NCBI RefSeq assembly: GCF_030144855.1
Contig: NC_082722.1
Span: 20,646,001 to 20,710,000 of the forward strand
Source of the DNA: Hypanus sabinus
Lineage: Eukaryota
Direction of reading: 5' to 3'
DNA length: 64,000 nucleotides
The notes below the pieces were generated by a model. It made no database searches, was not told where the DNA came from, and saw only the letters and a program-made list of their open reading frames with translations. A program made the position numbers and the translations under genes. Positions 49,730-63,654 of this stretch are shown here, one piece after another (within the stretch, counting starts at the first letter, position 1; each line of letters starts with the position of its first letter).

Positions 49730-52049
49730 ATTGCAGAAAACGAATCGAGCAATTTTGCAATACAAGTGGCGTTCTGAGGAGTTTGTGGAAGGAATAGAGA
49801 TTCATGACAAAATATATGAACTGTATAATCATTACGTAGGATAACACTTCACCAATGCAGAATTAAGTGTTTCAAATTTTGTACTTCTGGGACAGACAGT
49901 GAGAGCACTTCCATTTTCAATGGCTACATCTCAATTCAAATATGTGTTCTACGCAGTGATGCCAAATTTTGAAATCCGCCTAGGAGTTTAAAAGTATCTA
50001 ATAAAATGAGCGAATTTGAATTGGATTGGCGACATCCTGCAAACCTTCACGAAAATGCTTCTTCTCTTTCCCCTCTTCTTTGAAAGAAAACACTTTAAAT
50101 TTTCCTAATGTATGCGCGATTGGAGCCTGTAATAAACAAATTGATAATGCGTCATTTGGCCGACTGAAGGATCTGGCGCTTTTGTTCTCCCCGAAGGGAT
50201 TCGGCTTGGATGAGAAAGAGGTTGAGAGCGGAGTATGCCGCTTACTGGTGCAGCGTAAATCCAATCGGATCTGTTATTCGCCGATCTCGAAATAAAAGCG
50301 TCGAGCGAGATTAAAATCAACGAAGGCGATAGCTGAAAGCGAACGGGTGTTCAGATCATCTTCCTGCGTTTCACTGATACTTCCCTCCTTCTCGGTTGAA
50401 GCGGTTCGAGGAAGATCTGAAGTCTTGGTTCGTGTGCAAAATCTGATTTGTGGATTGGATTCGTTTTTGGAGGATTCTTGAGTTCATGTTATAAGCTATC
50501 ATTTTGCTGGTTATGACATTTTTATTGCTATAATGCACGATTTTGATAGAGCATTTCGACGCGAAATGGTTCTGCGCTCTACAGCGAAATTTTACACCGA
50601 ACTGAAGGCCAGCGAACATCCCGAGAGTGTTTCAAGGACACTGGTTTGCTGTTTGCTATTCAGTGATTTGTTCATTTGTTTTTGCCGTCCGCACGATTTG
50701 TTCTTTTGTTCGCGTTATTTGTTTGATATTTTCTCTAAACGGGTGCCATGGTGTTTCTTGGCTGCCTGCGGGAAATCAAATCTCAGGGTTGTTGCTTACA
50801 CACTTTGATCGCAAATGTACGTTGACCTTGAATCTCACAAAAATAACAAGAACCTCCCTTCATGCCAATTAATCTTTGATGTGTTGTTCACTTTCAATCA
50901 AATGCCATCGGTAAATTATCATTCCGCTGGGGTCTCACCGCAAACGCAACCCCCCCACTCCACATCCTCTATATTTTAGCTCATTTCCCTTTCTCGTTCG
51001 AATTCTAGCAGCTTCGGCAAAGACATTCTGGAACTCCATACTGAATTTTGAATGCCATGATTCATATTGTCGCCATTGCAGTAACATTTCCAGAAAACGG
51101 GGGCGGGAGGGGGGTTTTGGTGAGCAGGGCGCGCCCTTAAAGTAAGAAAGGCTTGAAGACAGGAGAGGTCAGGTGGGCGTTGCATTTTATTCTCTTAATA
51201 ATTTCCTTTAGGCCATGTTAATAAAAATTCGACTAATGAACTATTATTTAACACCTGGAAAGCAAAATCGAAAAGAAACTGATGAAGGAAACTGGTTTGA
51301 ACATTAAGTACATCAGCTCGGACGCCGTCATTCAAACTTCTCCCGCTCGTGTTGTGTGATTTTGGATTCTGAGCATTCAGGAAATTGAACAACGCAAGCG
51401 AAATATGGTCGAGCAATAGGTGTGTTACTCAGCAATTTTCATGTAATTTAAATGCTTGATCATTTGGAGGTTGTATATATTTTATGAAATAAAAGCATAA
51501 TAATATGAAAAATATAAATTTATTCTAGCGATAGAGTTCAGTCTGTTTGTTTTTTACAAAGTCTGCCTCATAGTACTCAGGTTCCTCACTCGCTGCTCGG
51601 GCCAGTTCGCACGCAGAACTTCGCGAGGAACAACAAGAAGTGTTGTCTCTAATAGAAAAAGATACCGGATGTTGATCACAATGAAGAGAAAGCTTAGGTT
51701 TGGAATTGTACTTTAGTCAGTTTAATTATGACGGTAACACAGTAATTCAGGAAGTATTGCGACAAAATCAATAAAGGATACATCGAGGAGGCGTCCACTG
51801 ATTAACTGCAGTTCCGATGCTTCGTTTTAATCCAATGAGCACGAGTGGAACTGGGTGTAATGCTGCTGTTTCTAACATATCTTAAATATCCACAAAGTAA
51901 AAGGGAGAAAGAAGGAAAATCCCTCGGAGATAATATTTAACCTGATTACGATAAAAAAAAAATGATTCGAATGACTATCACACACCATTTGTCTGATCTG
52001 TCAGTATCGTTACTCGTTCTTTAACTGAGAGTACTGAATGTTCTTCAAA

Positions 52050-52620
52050 GCATCCTGGTTGGCGGTGGAACTATGCTGAGTTTCCTGCGGAAGGAGTCAA
52101 GAGTCTGATCATCATGTTGATCGCCTCCACATGTTGAACAGTTTTGCATCCAAAGTCTCCACGTATCGGCGGCGGCATTACGCTGTTTTCATTGACACGT
52201 TATCGCCATCATTGAACTGCATCCCCTGCCTTCTCAGAAATGAAATCGTGTAGGTGCTGCGAGCGTGAAATTGTTTATATTAACACATATTTTGTCCATT
52301 GAATCCCACCGGATGCAATTAAGATCTGGTTGTTGAGGAGTTGGTTAGGGAAAGAATGAATCAATGCCGGGCTTCCATGTGCTTCCTACGAACAGAGTGA
52401 ACATTGTGATTACCGTGCCGACCGCCACGCCATTTTACCCAGTTATGCATCCGGAATTTCCACGAATCGTTGTGGATGCTATACTGCTTTCTTACACATT
52501 TTGTCGCATTCCTGGAATTACATCTCCTGTCCTCTCGGAATTGAAATATTTCATAGCAACGCATAGATTGTCCATCAGATCCGGCTGGATGTAACTGAGG
52601 AGGGGAAGTTGAGTTCGGCC
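52050..52620. repeat. Local ~300-bp tandem duplication within the array unit
   Basis: Both 52090-52340 and 52370-52600 align to the single block at 1760-2030. Confidence 0.65.
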
Positions 52621-53664
52621 GGAAGTGGACACTAACATTGCTGATCTTATCCCGCTGTGGATCTGGATGAATTGTAAGAGAAAACACAATTGAGAGACAA
52701 CGTTTCATTAGCTTTCAGGTCATTTGAGATATCTAATAAATAAATGTCACTGCGGCAGCATACACCGGTTGCAGTGGTTACGTTTGCTGCCTAGACTGGG
52801 GATTCTAAGCTTCAAATGTTCCTGACCTCCATACATACGTACCAAACATAACAGTACTGCGATTTATTGCCCATGAACCTCTGTCTGTTCTCCATTAGTA
52901 CATTCTTTATGGTGTGCATGAATGGAGCAATAACTTGTACCGAATGCTGAACACTTAAAAAGAAGCTGGCTGAAAAGAAATTGCTTCGTTAATTGCCTTG
53001 CTGTGGTTGTTCTTATGTAACCATAAAATACGACTGCACATGCAACATTAATTGTAGATGCTTTGGACATAGTCCCTGTATCACTTTAGTTTCACCAGTG
53101 TAAATTTATTTATTGTTGACAGGCATGGGAAAGCACAGGGGAGTATAAGATTTTTTAAAAGTATTTAACTTATCGGTTTATGTATTCACATCCTTGAATA
53201 TTTCTGATAATGTCAGAAAAATCCAGAAGTTTCCAACTGTTAAGCCTAGCTCTGGTTAGGTATACGGGCTGACGGTAAATCCAGATTTATTATTCTTGAG
53301 ACATTTTTGTCCATTCCACGAGATAGTCCATTGAAAACTCTCGCCTTTAAATGTATCTACCTTCATTGGAAACATATCCCCAAATCTTTTCAACAATGTT
53401 TATCTATAAGAGAACAGCACAGGAAGAGGCCATTTGATCCACATTGCTGCACCAAACCTGCTGGAAAGCAAAGCACACAGACAATAATCGCACCCATCAA
53501 ACTCATTTTCATATTCCTCCATCTTCTTTACATGCAGGCGTTTACTGAAAAAAACAAATATACCTGTCGCTGGAACGATACAAGGCAGGGCACTCCAGGC
53601 ACCCATGACTCGCTGAGTAAAAAGCTTACGCCTCACATCCCATTTGCACCTACCTCATTTCATC

Positions 53665-53900
53665 TGGTGGTGGCGTAGTGGCATCACCTCTGGACTTCGG
53701 AATGATATCCGAGTTCGAATCTGGCCGGCTGCATTGCATACACTCCATCCGTGCCTGGGTTGAGTGCAACTCGACCTCTTAAACAAGTACCTGGAGAGGG
53801 TTTGGTTCCTCCAGGTTTCAGCTGCCCAAGACACGCCGTACGATAAGCACACCAACAAAAATGATTGGTGCAGAAAGCTTGTCATGACCGCGCCCCGACG
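53665..53900 (+). mobile_element. tRNA-derived SINE
   Basis: A box TGGCGTAGTGG and B box GTTCGAATC. Confidence 0.7.
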
Positions 53901-55329
53901 ACTACACCAGGAGTTAAGGCCGCGCGCGCGCACACACACACACACATTGCACTTTAAGTGCATTCCCTCATTATTAGACATCTCAAACGTGGGCAATAGA
54001 TACTCTCTATAACAACACAAGCTTATCCAACCTCTCGTGATAATATAACCGACTGAATGTTCGTTATTATTTTGGTGATATAACAGGGAGCTGTGTTGAA
54101 CAGTCCGACTGAAAATTAATGATACTGTCTGATACCATTAGCAGAAGCGACATGAATCTCTCAGGACCATAGGCAACATCAGGTGAGAGATAAATTGAGT
54201 TAACTCTTCAAGTTGATAATTTTTATCTCGGCCATGAAGAGCAATGTTTCGCATTTACCCCTCTTTAGAGGAGGTTCCTGACGGGCACATAGCATTTCAA
54301 ATGTTTTCTGTTTAATCTCTGCTTACCATAATCGGCAGAGATAGCTTCCGTTAATTACCCTTCTTTCCAAGAACGACCTAACTAGATTTGATCTGAACAC
54401 CTGGAGGCATAATCTTCTTTCCCCTTTCATTCGTCTTTAAATGCATCGTGGAAATATTTTGATTAAAAGGCAATTCTCGACTTTGTCTCATTATGCATTT
54501 TTCTAGCTGTTCCTAACCCCTTTAACACTGCTTTTATTATAAGACGGACGAGTACAGCACAGGATTAGGTCCTTCGGCAAAGCTGTCTCTCGCGAACATG
54601 TCAAAGTAAGCTAAATCTTTGCGAACTGAGTATGATCTATATCCCAAAATTCACTGCACATTCGTGTGCCCATGCACAATCCTCGTTCCTACTTCTAATT
54701 TCACCTTCTCTAATGTACAAGGATTTTTATCCAGTTCCTGCGAGTAAGGTATGCCAAATACCTGGCAGTCCTACATTTTATGCGAATTGAAGCCTTTCAA
54801 TCATTTCGTCACTCGTATCTGTGAAACCGGGTGAAGAAAATTTTAAATCGTTTGAAAGAAAGGGCAGGACTTTCAACTAATTCTCAAATGTATTTTCTAA
54901 CTCGACTTAGTCTTGTATTGGTAAGTGTATGGGTGAGATGTTTGGGTCTGAAAAATGGATACAGCAAGGAAATGGTTAACAGTTAGAAATATGTGTGTCT
55001 GTCCTGTTTTGAAGGTCTACCTGCGTGTTGAGCAAATTGACCTTTGATATTAGATAAGGGGAGAAACAATCTAACTCAATGGCCTGAAAGCAAAACAAAA
55101 GTGCTGATTTGCGTAAAAGTAGTTAATCACGTTGTCTCTAAAGAATGTTTGTTTTTTTCACATTGTTTGGTTGTAAGTGTAAGTCTTTCTTCTTTTATGT
55201 TACTGCTAAGGTGAAGAAATAGATTCGATATACTCATAACTGCGGAGGCAGTGGTACTCGATAGCAGTATGTTTGGGCTATAATTAGTGATAAAGGGACT
55301 GGTATCCATTGGCTAACCAATTGAGATAG

Positions 55330-56700
55330 ATGTTATTCTTTCTGTCTGTATGAAAGCTGTTAGTTTGCGCGGGCTTGGAGGAGAAGGCGCCAGGAGGATG
55401 AGGAGAGAAGACGTCGCGTGAGGAGATGGTTGCCGGACCCTCTGGGCCTGGGCTCAGGGCGGGAGACTTGGGCCCGACTCGCGAAGGCGGATCAGTGAAA
55501 GGGAATCCGTGAGCTCCAACGTTTGTGCACTGGAAAAGTTTATGAGTTTATTGGCGCCTTTTATTTGTTTTCGTTTTCTTTTGTTTCTCTACTGTGATGA
55601 TCAAACCAAGCTGAGATAGAGTCCAAATTTGACTCGCNNNNNNNNNNNNNNNNNNNNNNNNNNNNNNNNNNNNNNNNNNNNNNNNNNNNNNNNNNNNNNN
55701 NNNNNNNNNNNNNNNNNNNNNNNNNNNNNNNNNNNNNNNNNNNNNNNNNNNNNNNNNNNNNNNNNNNNNNNNNNNNNNNNNNNNNNNNNATGGCTTTGGC
55801 TGATTGTTTACATTTGCTCCAAGGACACTTTCTTTGCCTGCTCGTCTGGATTCTTGCTGAGACTGCAAGGCGGGACCAGGTGATGGACGGCCTGATGGCC
55901 TGATGGACGGCCGGTACCCCGCAAGGGGAGACAGAAAGCAGGTCTGCGAAGACACAAGCAGACACACCTCGGGGCACTGAAAGAGCATTGTGCACCCACG
56001 TGAAGGTGGGGTTTGGAGGATCGATTCGGGGGAATCAATCAGACGCTCACATTGTGTGAAGGTGCGACCGGTGTAGAATTATTTGTGTGTCCTTCCTTGC
56101 CTGGGTGATAGTTCCACCACTGAAGAACGGCCGTGCCAGGTATGGTCACAGTCGTTGATTGCAACTGGAAGACAACGGGAAGNNNNNNNNNNNNNNNNNN
56201 NNNNNNNNNNNNNNNNNNNNNNNNNNNNNNNNNNNNNNNNNNNNNNNNNNNNNNNNNNNNNNNNNNNNNNNNNNNNNNNNNNNNNNNNNNNNNNNNNNNN
56301 NNNNNNNNNNNNNNNNNNNNNNNNNNNNNNNNNNNNNNNNNAACTACCTCGATCTAAACTGAACTGAACTGAACTTTTCACCAATGTAAGACTATCCATT
56401 TACCCCTGGACTTTGAAAGCACTTGGTTTTGATTCATATTTACACACTTCTGTATATACTAATCTTTTTCAGATATTTTGCATTTTATAGTACTGTATTA
56501 CTTAGTTTACTAATAAACACTATTAGGTACGGGAATACCAGATTCCAACGTGTATTCCATTTCTGCTGGTTCGGTAACCCGGTCACGGGGTACTTGATAC
56601 TACTAACCCCGTGGTTAAATATGAGATCTTAATCTTTTAACCGTAAATTGTGGATTGAATGTAATTTCGGGGTACTGGTGTTACACAGAGGACACAACAC
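55330..56700. mobile_element. LTR-like element containing two N gaps (55638-55789, 56183-56341)
   Basis: Its 3' part resembles 44850-45130. The second gap sits where the 44.7 kb copy has (CT)n. Confidence 0.55.
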
Positions 56701-57389
56701 GCAACATCCACCCAAACAGGAATGCTAACGTTTGTTCAGGGAGGGGAAGCCACCCCCAAGATCACACCACTAGAAGCAACGAGTCTTACAATAAGATTAA
56801 TAGAATGCATTGAATGCATCCTGAGGTTATCCGACGGAGACGTTAGTGTCTTGTAAACGACGGATTCGATGTCTCACCCCTACCAGCTGGACTGGTAGGT
56901 GGTGACAGGGCTATCAAAGTTGGTCAAGTTCTGTTTGGGGCAGACCACTCGCCTGAGTCCCACCTTCGGTCTGATCAGCTGAAGCGGCGCCAAGGACCTC
57001 CACCCTAGCCAGTCAACGGTCGACCGCCTGCCTCATCGACCACGCAGACGTTGCTACGTATACTCGGCGGTGTAGACTACTAAGGGTGGCTTAATTTAGC
57101 TCTACCCATTAGTGGTGTAGGTAGTGTATAATATAAAACATTTCTCGCAACTCTCTACTTTTCTTCTCTGTATTAACAATGAAGTGAGTCTCGGAGGAAC
57201 TGCCGTGTCTGGGCCCATTTGTTCAATCGAAACCAAACAGTCGCAGCATCCACTTGTTACGGTTATACTTATTTGGTTATCAGTTTCTGTGGAACCAGTC
57301 TGGAACACGTTTAAAACATCAAATAACAATGTAGTTCTCAGTGAACCCACGTGGATAGTATTTCATGTAACCTGTGAATTCTGATACGA

Positions 57390-60160
57390 TTTGCACCATC
57401 TAGACAATTACAAAGGTGTCCCGAAGGAGCTCAATAATGAATTTTTTGGAGATAGAAGGGACCATGAGAAGACCTTGGCGCGCAGGACCAGGGAAAATCC
57501 CAAGGCAATTTACAAATATGTTAAGTACAGGAGGATGAGCCGAGTGAGAATAGGACCAGTCAGGGGGGAGAGTGGAAACATGTGCATGAGCCCGAGGAGA
57601 TAGCACAGGTACTTAATGCATACTTTGCTTCAGTATTCACTAGAAAAAAAAAAGACCTTGGCAATTGTGGGATTGACTGACAGCAGACTGAAACGCTTAA
57701 GTGTAAAGACATTAAGAAAGCGGATGTGCTGGAGCTTTTGAAAGGTGTTAAGTTAGATAAGTCTCCGGGACCGGACAGGATATACCTCAGACTACTACAG
57801 GAAGCGAGGGAGGGGATTGCTGAGCCTATTGCATCATCAATCTGGACGTGAGAAATACCAGACGTTTGAAAATTTGCAGTTGATCTTCTCTTCTTATCTG
57901 AGTTTGGAAAAAAATTAGAAGCACTATTTTTGACTCATCAATTAAATTTGAAGAAACTTGGAGACCGTTTATTCGACATTTTCATATGAATTAATTTGGC
58001 CTTTTCCAGACCTTCTTTCTGCTTATTCATGTTCAGGTATGGAGTTCCGGAGTTCTTTGACACTATCATATACTTGTAAACTGTTATTATTGCCCATGTT
58101 AGTTTAGTTTAGTGTTTTATTTTTTTTAATATATATTTTTTTCACATATTTTTAATATTTTTTTTTCTTTTTTAATGGTTATTTTTGTTTTTTTTTTTCA
58201 TATAATCATGTGGACTTGATTGATTAAGGTATTTTCTTCTGTTGATGTTTAGTAGGATATTGTTATCTTATTATCAATGTGATTTCAAGTCTATTGTATT
58301 CATAATTTACTTATTATTATGTTATTTTTTTGTGTATATATGAAAATCAATAAAAAGATTGAAAAAGAAAGAAAGATCTTCTCTTCTTCAAGAACGGGTG
58401 CAGTGGTAAACCAGGAAATTATAGACATGTGAGTTTCACTGCAGTGGTGGGAAAGTTTATGACAGACAGCATTTATCAGCTTTTGGAGAGACATAATCTG
58501 ATTAGGGATAGTGAGCATTGTTTTTTCAACGTCAGGTCAAGCCTTACGCACCTGATTGAATTCTTTGCGGATGTAACAAAACACATTGATGAAGGTGGAA
58601 TTGGATCGAATCGAATTGCCTTGATTACTAACATCTTTCATATACATGAGAGTAAAAATATTGACGTTACGTCTCCGTCTTAGTGTGCAATGTGTAATTT
58701 ATTGTAATTTATGGTAAATATTATGTACAACAGGATAGTCAGAATAACATAGAAATAATGTATCCTAATGTATCAGCATGAGTTAAGAAGTCTGATGGCC
58801 TGGTGGAAGAAGGAAGAAGCTGTCTCGGAGCCTGTTGGTCCTGGCTTTTGTGCTGTGGTACCGTTTTCCAGATGATAGCAGCTGGAGCAGTTAGTGGTTG
58901 GGATGACCCAACTCCCTAATAATTCTTCACGCCCTTTTTACACACCTGCCTTTGTAATTGTTTTGTGTAGTGGCTGTCCAAATCACTCTCTGCAGAGTCC
59001 TGCGATCGGGGAAACTGCAGTTCCCATACCAGCTCTGCACCTATATAGCCTTGGATGTGGGATATCTGGATTTCAGTAAGGAAGTTGATAAGGTTCCCCA
59101 TGGGAGGATCCTTCAAAGTTAATGAGGCATGGGATCCAAAGAGACCTTGCTTTGTAAATCCACAAAACGAAAAGAGTGGTTCTGGATGGTTCGCATTCTG
59201 CATGGAGATCAGTGACCTTCGTTGTTCTGCAGTGATCTGTTCGGGGACTCCTCCTCTTTGTGATTTTTATAAGGAGGAGGTAGAAATGTGCGTTAGTAAG
59301 TTTGCTGATGACACAAAAGTTAAGGTGGTTTTGTCGATAGTCAGTTGGGTTGTCAGAGGCTCCAGCATGTCATTCATTGGATGCAGAACTAGGCTGAGAG
59401 TGGTAGATGGAGTTCAGTCCATAAAAGCGTGAAGTAGTAATTTCGGTAGGTAAAATTTGAAGACAGAATATAATAATAATGGTGAGATTCTTGCCTGTGT
59501 GGATGATCAACGAGATCTAGCTGTTCATGCCCATAGGAAATTCAAAGCTGCTGTGCATGTTGACGAAGGCGTTTGGTGTGTTGATATTCATCAACCGTGG
59601 TGTTGAGTTCAGGAACCGTGAGGTAATCTTACAGTTATATAAGACCTATGTCAGTGCCCACTTAGAGTACTGTGTTCAGTTCTGGTCACCTCTCTACAGG
59701 AAGGATGTGGATAATATAGGACGATTGCAGTGTGGATTTACAAGGATGTTGCCTGGATTGGAGGGCGTACCTTATGAGAATGGCTAGAGTGTACTTGGCC
59801 TTTTCTCTTTGGAGCGACGGGGGCTGAGACGGAAGATGATGCGAGACATTGATCGTGTGGATAGCCAGAGGCATTTTCCCAGGACTGAAATGGCTAACGG
59901 GACGGGGCATAGTTCTAAGCTAGTGGTATTTTTTTTTCTCACGGAGAGTAGTCGGTGCTTGGGATGCCCTGCCAACGAAAGTGGTAGAGGCGGATACAAT
60001 AGGGTATTTTAAGAAATTCTGAGATAGGTACACAGAGCTGATAAGAATGCAGAGTTATACGGCAGAGAAATTCCCGACCGTTTCTAGAGAAGGTTACATG
60101 GCCGGAACAAATTTGGGGGCCAAATGATAAGTAAAATGCTGTAGATTTCTATGTTTCAAT
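57390..60160 (+). mobile_element. Degraded CR1 LINE interrupted by an L1 3' end (about 57890-58380) and a minus-strand Rex fragment (about 58740-59290)
   Basis: AIYKYVK, LTHLIEFF, FADDTK and LEYCVQFWSP motifs, with nested L1 WRPFIRHFHM plus an A-rich tail. Confidence 0.8.
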
Positions 60161-61714
60161 GAAATACATTGGAAAATTTAGTCCAATGCACTAAAAAGTT
60201 ATCACCAAAATTCCGAGGTCTAAAGTTATCTGGATGAGCTGAAATCAGCGATTATTTTGTAGTTTCTCTTTTAAGTAATCAGAAATGAAAATGCGTCCCC
60301 GCGCCTGGGATCCCGTTTACATCGCCTTTTAATGTGTAAGGTTATTTGTTCGTCATTTAATATTCTCAGAGAATGACGTACACATAAATATCAGCTATTT
60401 AGTTGCTATTAAAACATTGTTTCGTAAATGTTTTACGAAACATTTACGAATAATTATTTCCAGAATAATCATGTCATAGAATCAGAAAGCATGGACTCCA
60501 TAGATCAGCTTCAATACCATTTAGCTGTCAGAACGAAGCATTCAAAAATGTTTTCTATTTAAAATTTATTTTCCTTTGCGTAACCATCAGACTTGATAAC
60601 ACGAGCTGTCTGAAACATATATGCTTCAGAGCGGCTGAGTTTTGACCATTTGCTTTCTATTCTGTCACCAACAGACTCGAAAGTGTAATGCTGTTCTCAG
60701 CTAGCGTGTTCGTCCCCTTAAACGCGGTGTACATGCGCACTTAGAATACCGACAAGTTAATTAAAACCTATATTCCGACCATCTCTTTAAAGGAAACTTG
60801 CAAAAGCTCGCATACAAACATTCGTATTTGCGAACTTACAAGCAAGAAGTTAACATTTATCTGCTTTGAGAGGACAAAACATTTCATCGAAATTGATGAC
60901 AATGGAATTTTCATCCATTTTCCTGAAATATATTGAATTATGGAACCTGAAAATATAATCCAATGGTATTTCAAATCGGCAGAGAAAATAGAAAAGGATA
61001 ACACCTAGGCGCGCACGATTTCAATGCTTGGATTGCTAATTGACGATATGCGTTTCCAAAATTGGGTCTCCACAAAGAGAATACCAAGCACACTTTCCTC
61101 GCAATCCACATTCAATTACTAACACGTCTTCCGAGCATTCTAAGTTTATTCCTTGAATGTAGAATTTGGTTCACTGTTTCTTATTCGGTAAAGCTCCTGA
61201 TCTCCACGGTTTTAAATGATCTGAGAAGTAAGTATATCATTTGGAAGACGTTTCATCTGCTGAGGCTGATGCGTGAAACTATGGTTGGTTGGTGATGCTA
61301 GATGCAGATTCTGGATGGCGATAAGCAGAAACACCAAGGCAGTCAGTGCTGGAAGCTAACAATTAAAGGAGAGTGACAATGGAACCATTTGTCCCTCTGC
61401 ATACTCACGAATAACATAAAAGCTTAACGAGACTAAGTTCCTTCTTTTCGTTCATGGCGGAGCCAATCGCTTTATCAAGCCATGCTTTTAATGTCTCTTG
61501 TTCATACAGGTATTAGTCAGCTTTACTTTGTCACAATTCAGTTGTTTTCTAAAAATCTCCAGTAAACTATTGGTATGAGTTTAGTCATGTAATTTAAAAG
61601 GCTTGAACAATTAAGCAAATTATTGTTTCAAATCTCATTCAGGCAGCGCCTGAGTTTGCATTCAACTAATAAAATAACGTTCCGTTACAAACATAAGACG
61701 ATTTAGCACTCAAC

Positions 61715-61935
61715 GCAAGCATATGCAATTCAGAATCGGAATCGGGTTTACTATCACCGGCACGATTAAAGTGGGCAAGAAAGTTTCTCGGATTAAGTGA
61801 CGAATCCAAGAAAAGCTAAGGAAATGCTGAGGAACGATAACGTCCATACAAGGTATAATTTGGCCCATTGAGTATGCTCCGTTATTTGATCTTGGGTGTT
61901 CCATCTTTCCTCTCAGCGTAAATCTCCTGGTTGCC
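61715..61935 (-). pseudogene. Decayed TM/cytoplasmic exon (relic 4, best preserved TM)
   Basis: Reads QWAKLYLVWTLSFLSISLAFLGFVT* at 61793-61870, then frameshifted WIRHLIR and NRAGDSKPDSDSELH. The donor is mutated (GTTGAG). Confidence 0.5.
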
Positions 61936-62679
61936 CCCACCTCCCCGCATCCCACAATACTCTGTACTTGAATGGGGACATTCAAGTAGCGAGAAACAAA
62001 GTTAATTCCTTAGATTTATCAACTTTCATCGAGTTCCGTTTCTCCTTCCACAGGCGCTGTTACACCAGCTGTTGATCCTTATATTCCCTGCATTTTTGAA
62101 GAGAGAGAGGGCCAGTTTCTTCCACATGGATTTCCAGGGAAGTTTGGAAAGTGGCGGGTGCTTTCACGCGCACATGGGTCCATCACATGAGTAAAAATGA
62201 CTCCATTATGAGCGTACATTGGAGTATTGTAACTGCAATGGGCCCTTTTCTTTCCTTTTTTTTTCTATGAACCGGTAAAGCTGAAATTGGTATATATATT
62301 TCCATGATAATTGTATGAGATGTACAATCTGTTACTTCTTACCGACAGATAACTGTGTATGGAGAGGATTTACACCGCTTTTGCTCAAATCGAGTTTTCT
62401 GTAATCGGAGCATTACGTCATTCCTGTCTGGTTGAACCCGAAATCATACCGATCCTAGACGCTATTGTCTAAGAAAGGTGGGATCCTCACCACTGAGTCA
62501 CATCGCTGTCAGCCGGGTTAGCAATCGCACCAAGTTTGCACACGAGCCCCGTAAGTGGGATATAGCTGTGAAAAAGGAAATTTCATCTGCGTAGCAGCAA
62601 AGGTTAAATGTGCGGAATAATTTCCGGTACAGCGTGGCCGCAATCATGCAGCCGCTATCAACATTTTGTTTATTACAAT

Positions 62680-63000
62680 TGACTCGCAACTTAGATATAG
62701 CTTTGAATCATGTTACAGTTCAATTCTCCTATGCAAAAAACATCAAATTGTGCTCCAAGCAAACGAAAGGTATACATCTATGGAAAGATATCTTCACAAG
62801 ACATCTACATAAAATATTCACCGAGAGACGGAGGTAATATTTTCTTTGAATTAAGAACAACGAAACATCCGATCATCATCCATCCAGAAAAAAAAACGCC
62901 CTGCGAATAAACAACGTTGTTTCAAGCCGTCTTCTGTATATTTCAAACACAACGTGCCATACAGCAACAAACAGTGTCTTTGACAATATCGACAAATCCT
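62680..63000 (-). pseudogene. Cys-containing block, possible decayed Ig C-type exon (paralog of 36450-36770)
   Basis: DNA homology runs 62.55-63.2k / 36.3-36.97k. CLFAG and VCLEHN motifs are about 150 nt apart. Confidence 0.35.
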
Positions 63001-63204
63001 GAAACTTTCAATAAAATTACCAAAATGGCGACATGGAATCATTAGCCTACCACCCCCATTTGACTATTCATTCAGATTTGTAAATATAACATTTTTCCTG
63101 TTTGACGTTGTGTTATCACGACGGAAGTGACAACCAAACAGGACAGTCAAATGTTAGCTTCTCAGTCTAGCACGTTCGAAGAACTAAATACTATTTTACG
63201 AGGT

Positions 63205-63650
63205 AGAGTCATACAGTCATAGAAAAGTACAGCGCAGGGTCAGTCTTCTCGGCCCATCCAGTCCGTGCCGAAACATTCCAACGGTCTAATTTCATCGATC
63301 CGCACCAGGTCCATAACCCTGCATACCCTCCATACCCCTACCGACCAAGTACCAATCAAAACCTCTCTTCACCGTTGAAATCGAGATTGGATGCACCACC
63401 TGTGCTCGCAACGCATTCTACCCTTTCTCGACACTCTGAATGAAGACGTTTTTACTCATATTCCCCTTAAGCTTCTAAACTATCACTCATAATCCAGGAC
63501 TATCTCCCAACCTCAGTGGAAAGAAGCCTGCCAGAGTTATCCTGTCTTTACCCTTAATAAGGTTGAATCAAATCTCCTCTATAAAATGTCCTCTCAATCT
63601 TCTAAATTCCACGATATCAAGTCCTAATCCATTCAATATTTCCTTAATAC
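63205..63650 (-). mobile_element. CR1 LINE 3' end
   Basis: agtcatacagtcatagaaaagtacagc...ggcccat tail. Confidence 0.7.
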
Positions 63651-63654
63651 TAAG

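Larger units (their letters stand above)
49100..62000. repeat. Segmental/tandem duplicate of about 280-9500 (array unit), expanded by TE insertions
   Basis: Collinear blocks: 1.22-1.56k/51.54-51.9k, 1.76-2.5k/52.05-53.1k, 3.15k/54.05k, 3.72-3.87k/54.47-54.6k, 3.97-4.6k/60.35-61.05k, 6.37-6.66k/61.39-61.68k. Confidence 0.85.

Noticed and set aside
53665-53740. tRNA gene candidates at 53.67 kb and 63.66 kb
   Set aside because: A and B boxes are present but there is no full cloverleaf, and SINE body sequence follows.
11722-56399. ORFs containing X runs
   Set aside because: Artefacts of translating through the four N gaps.
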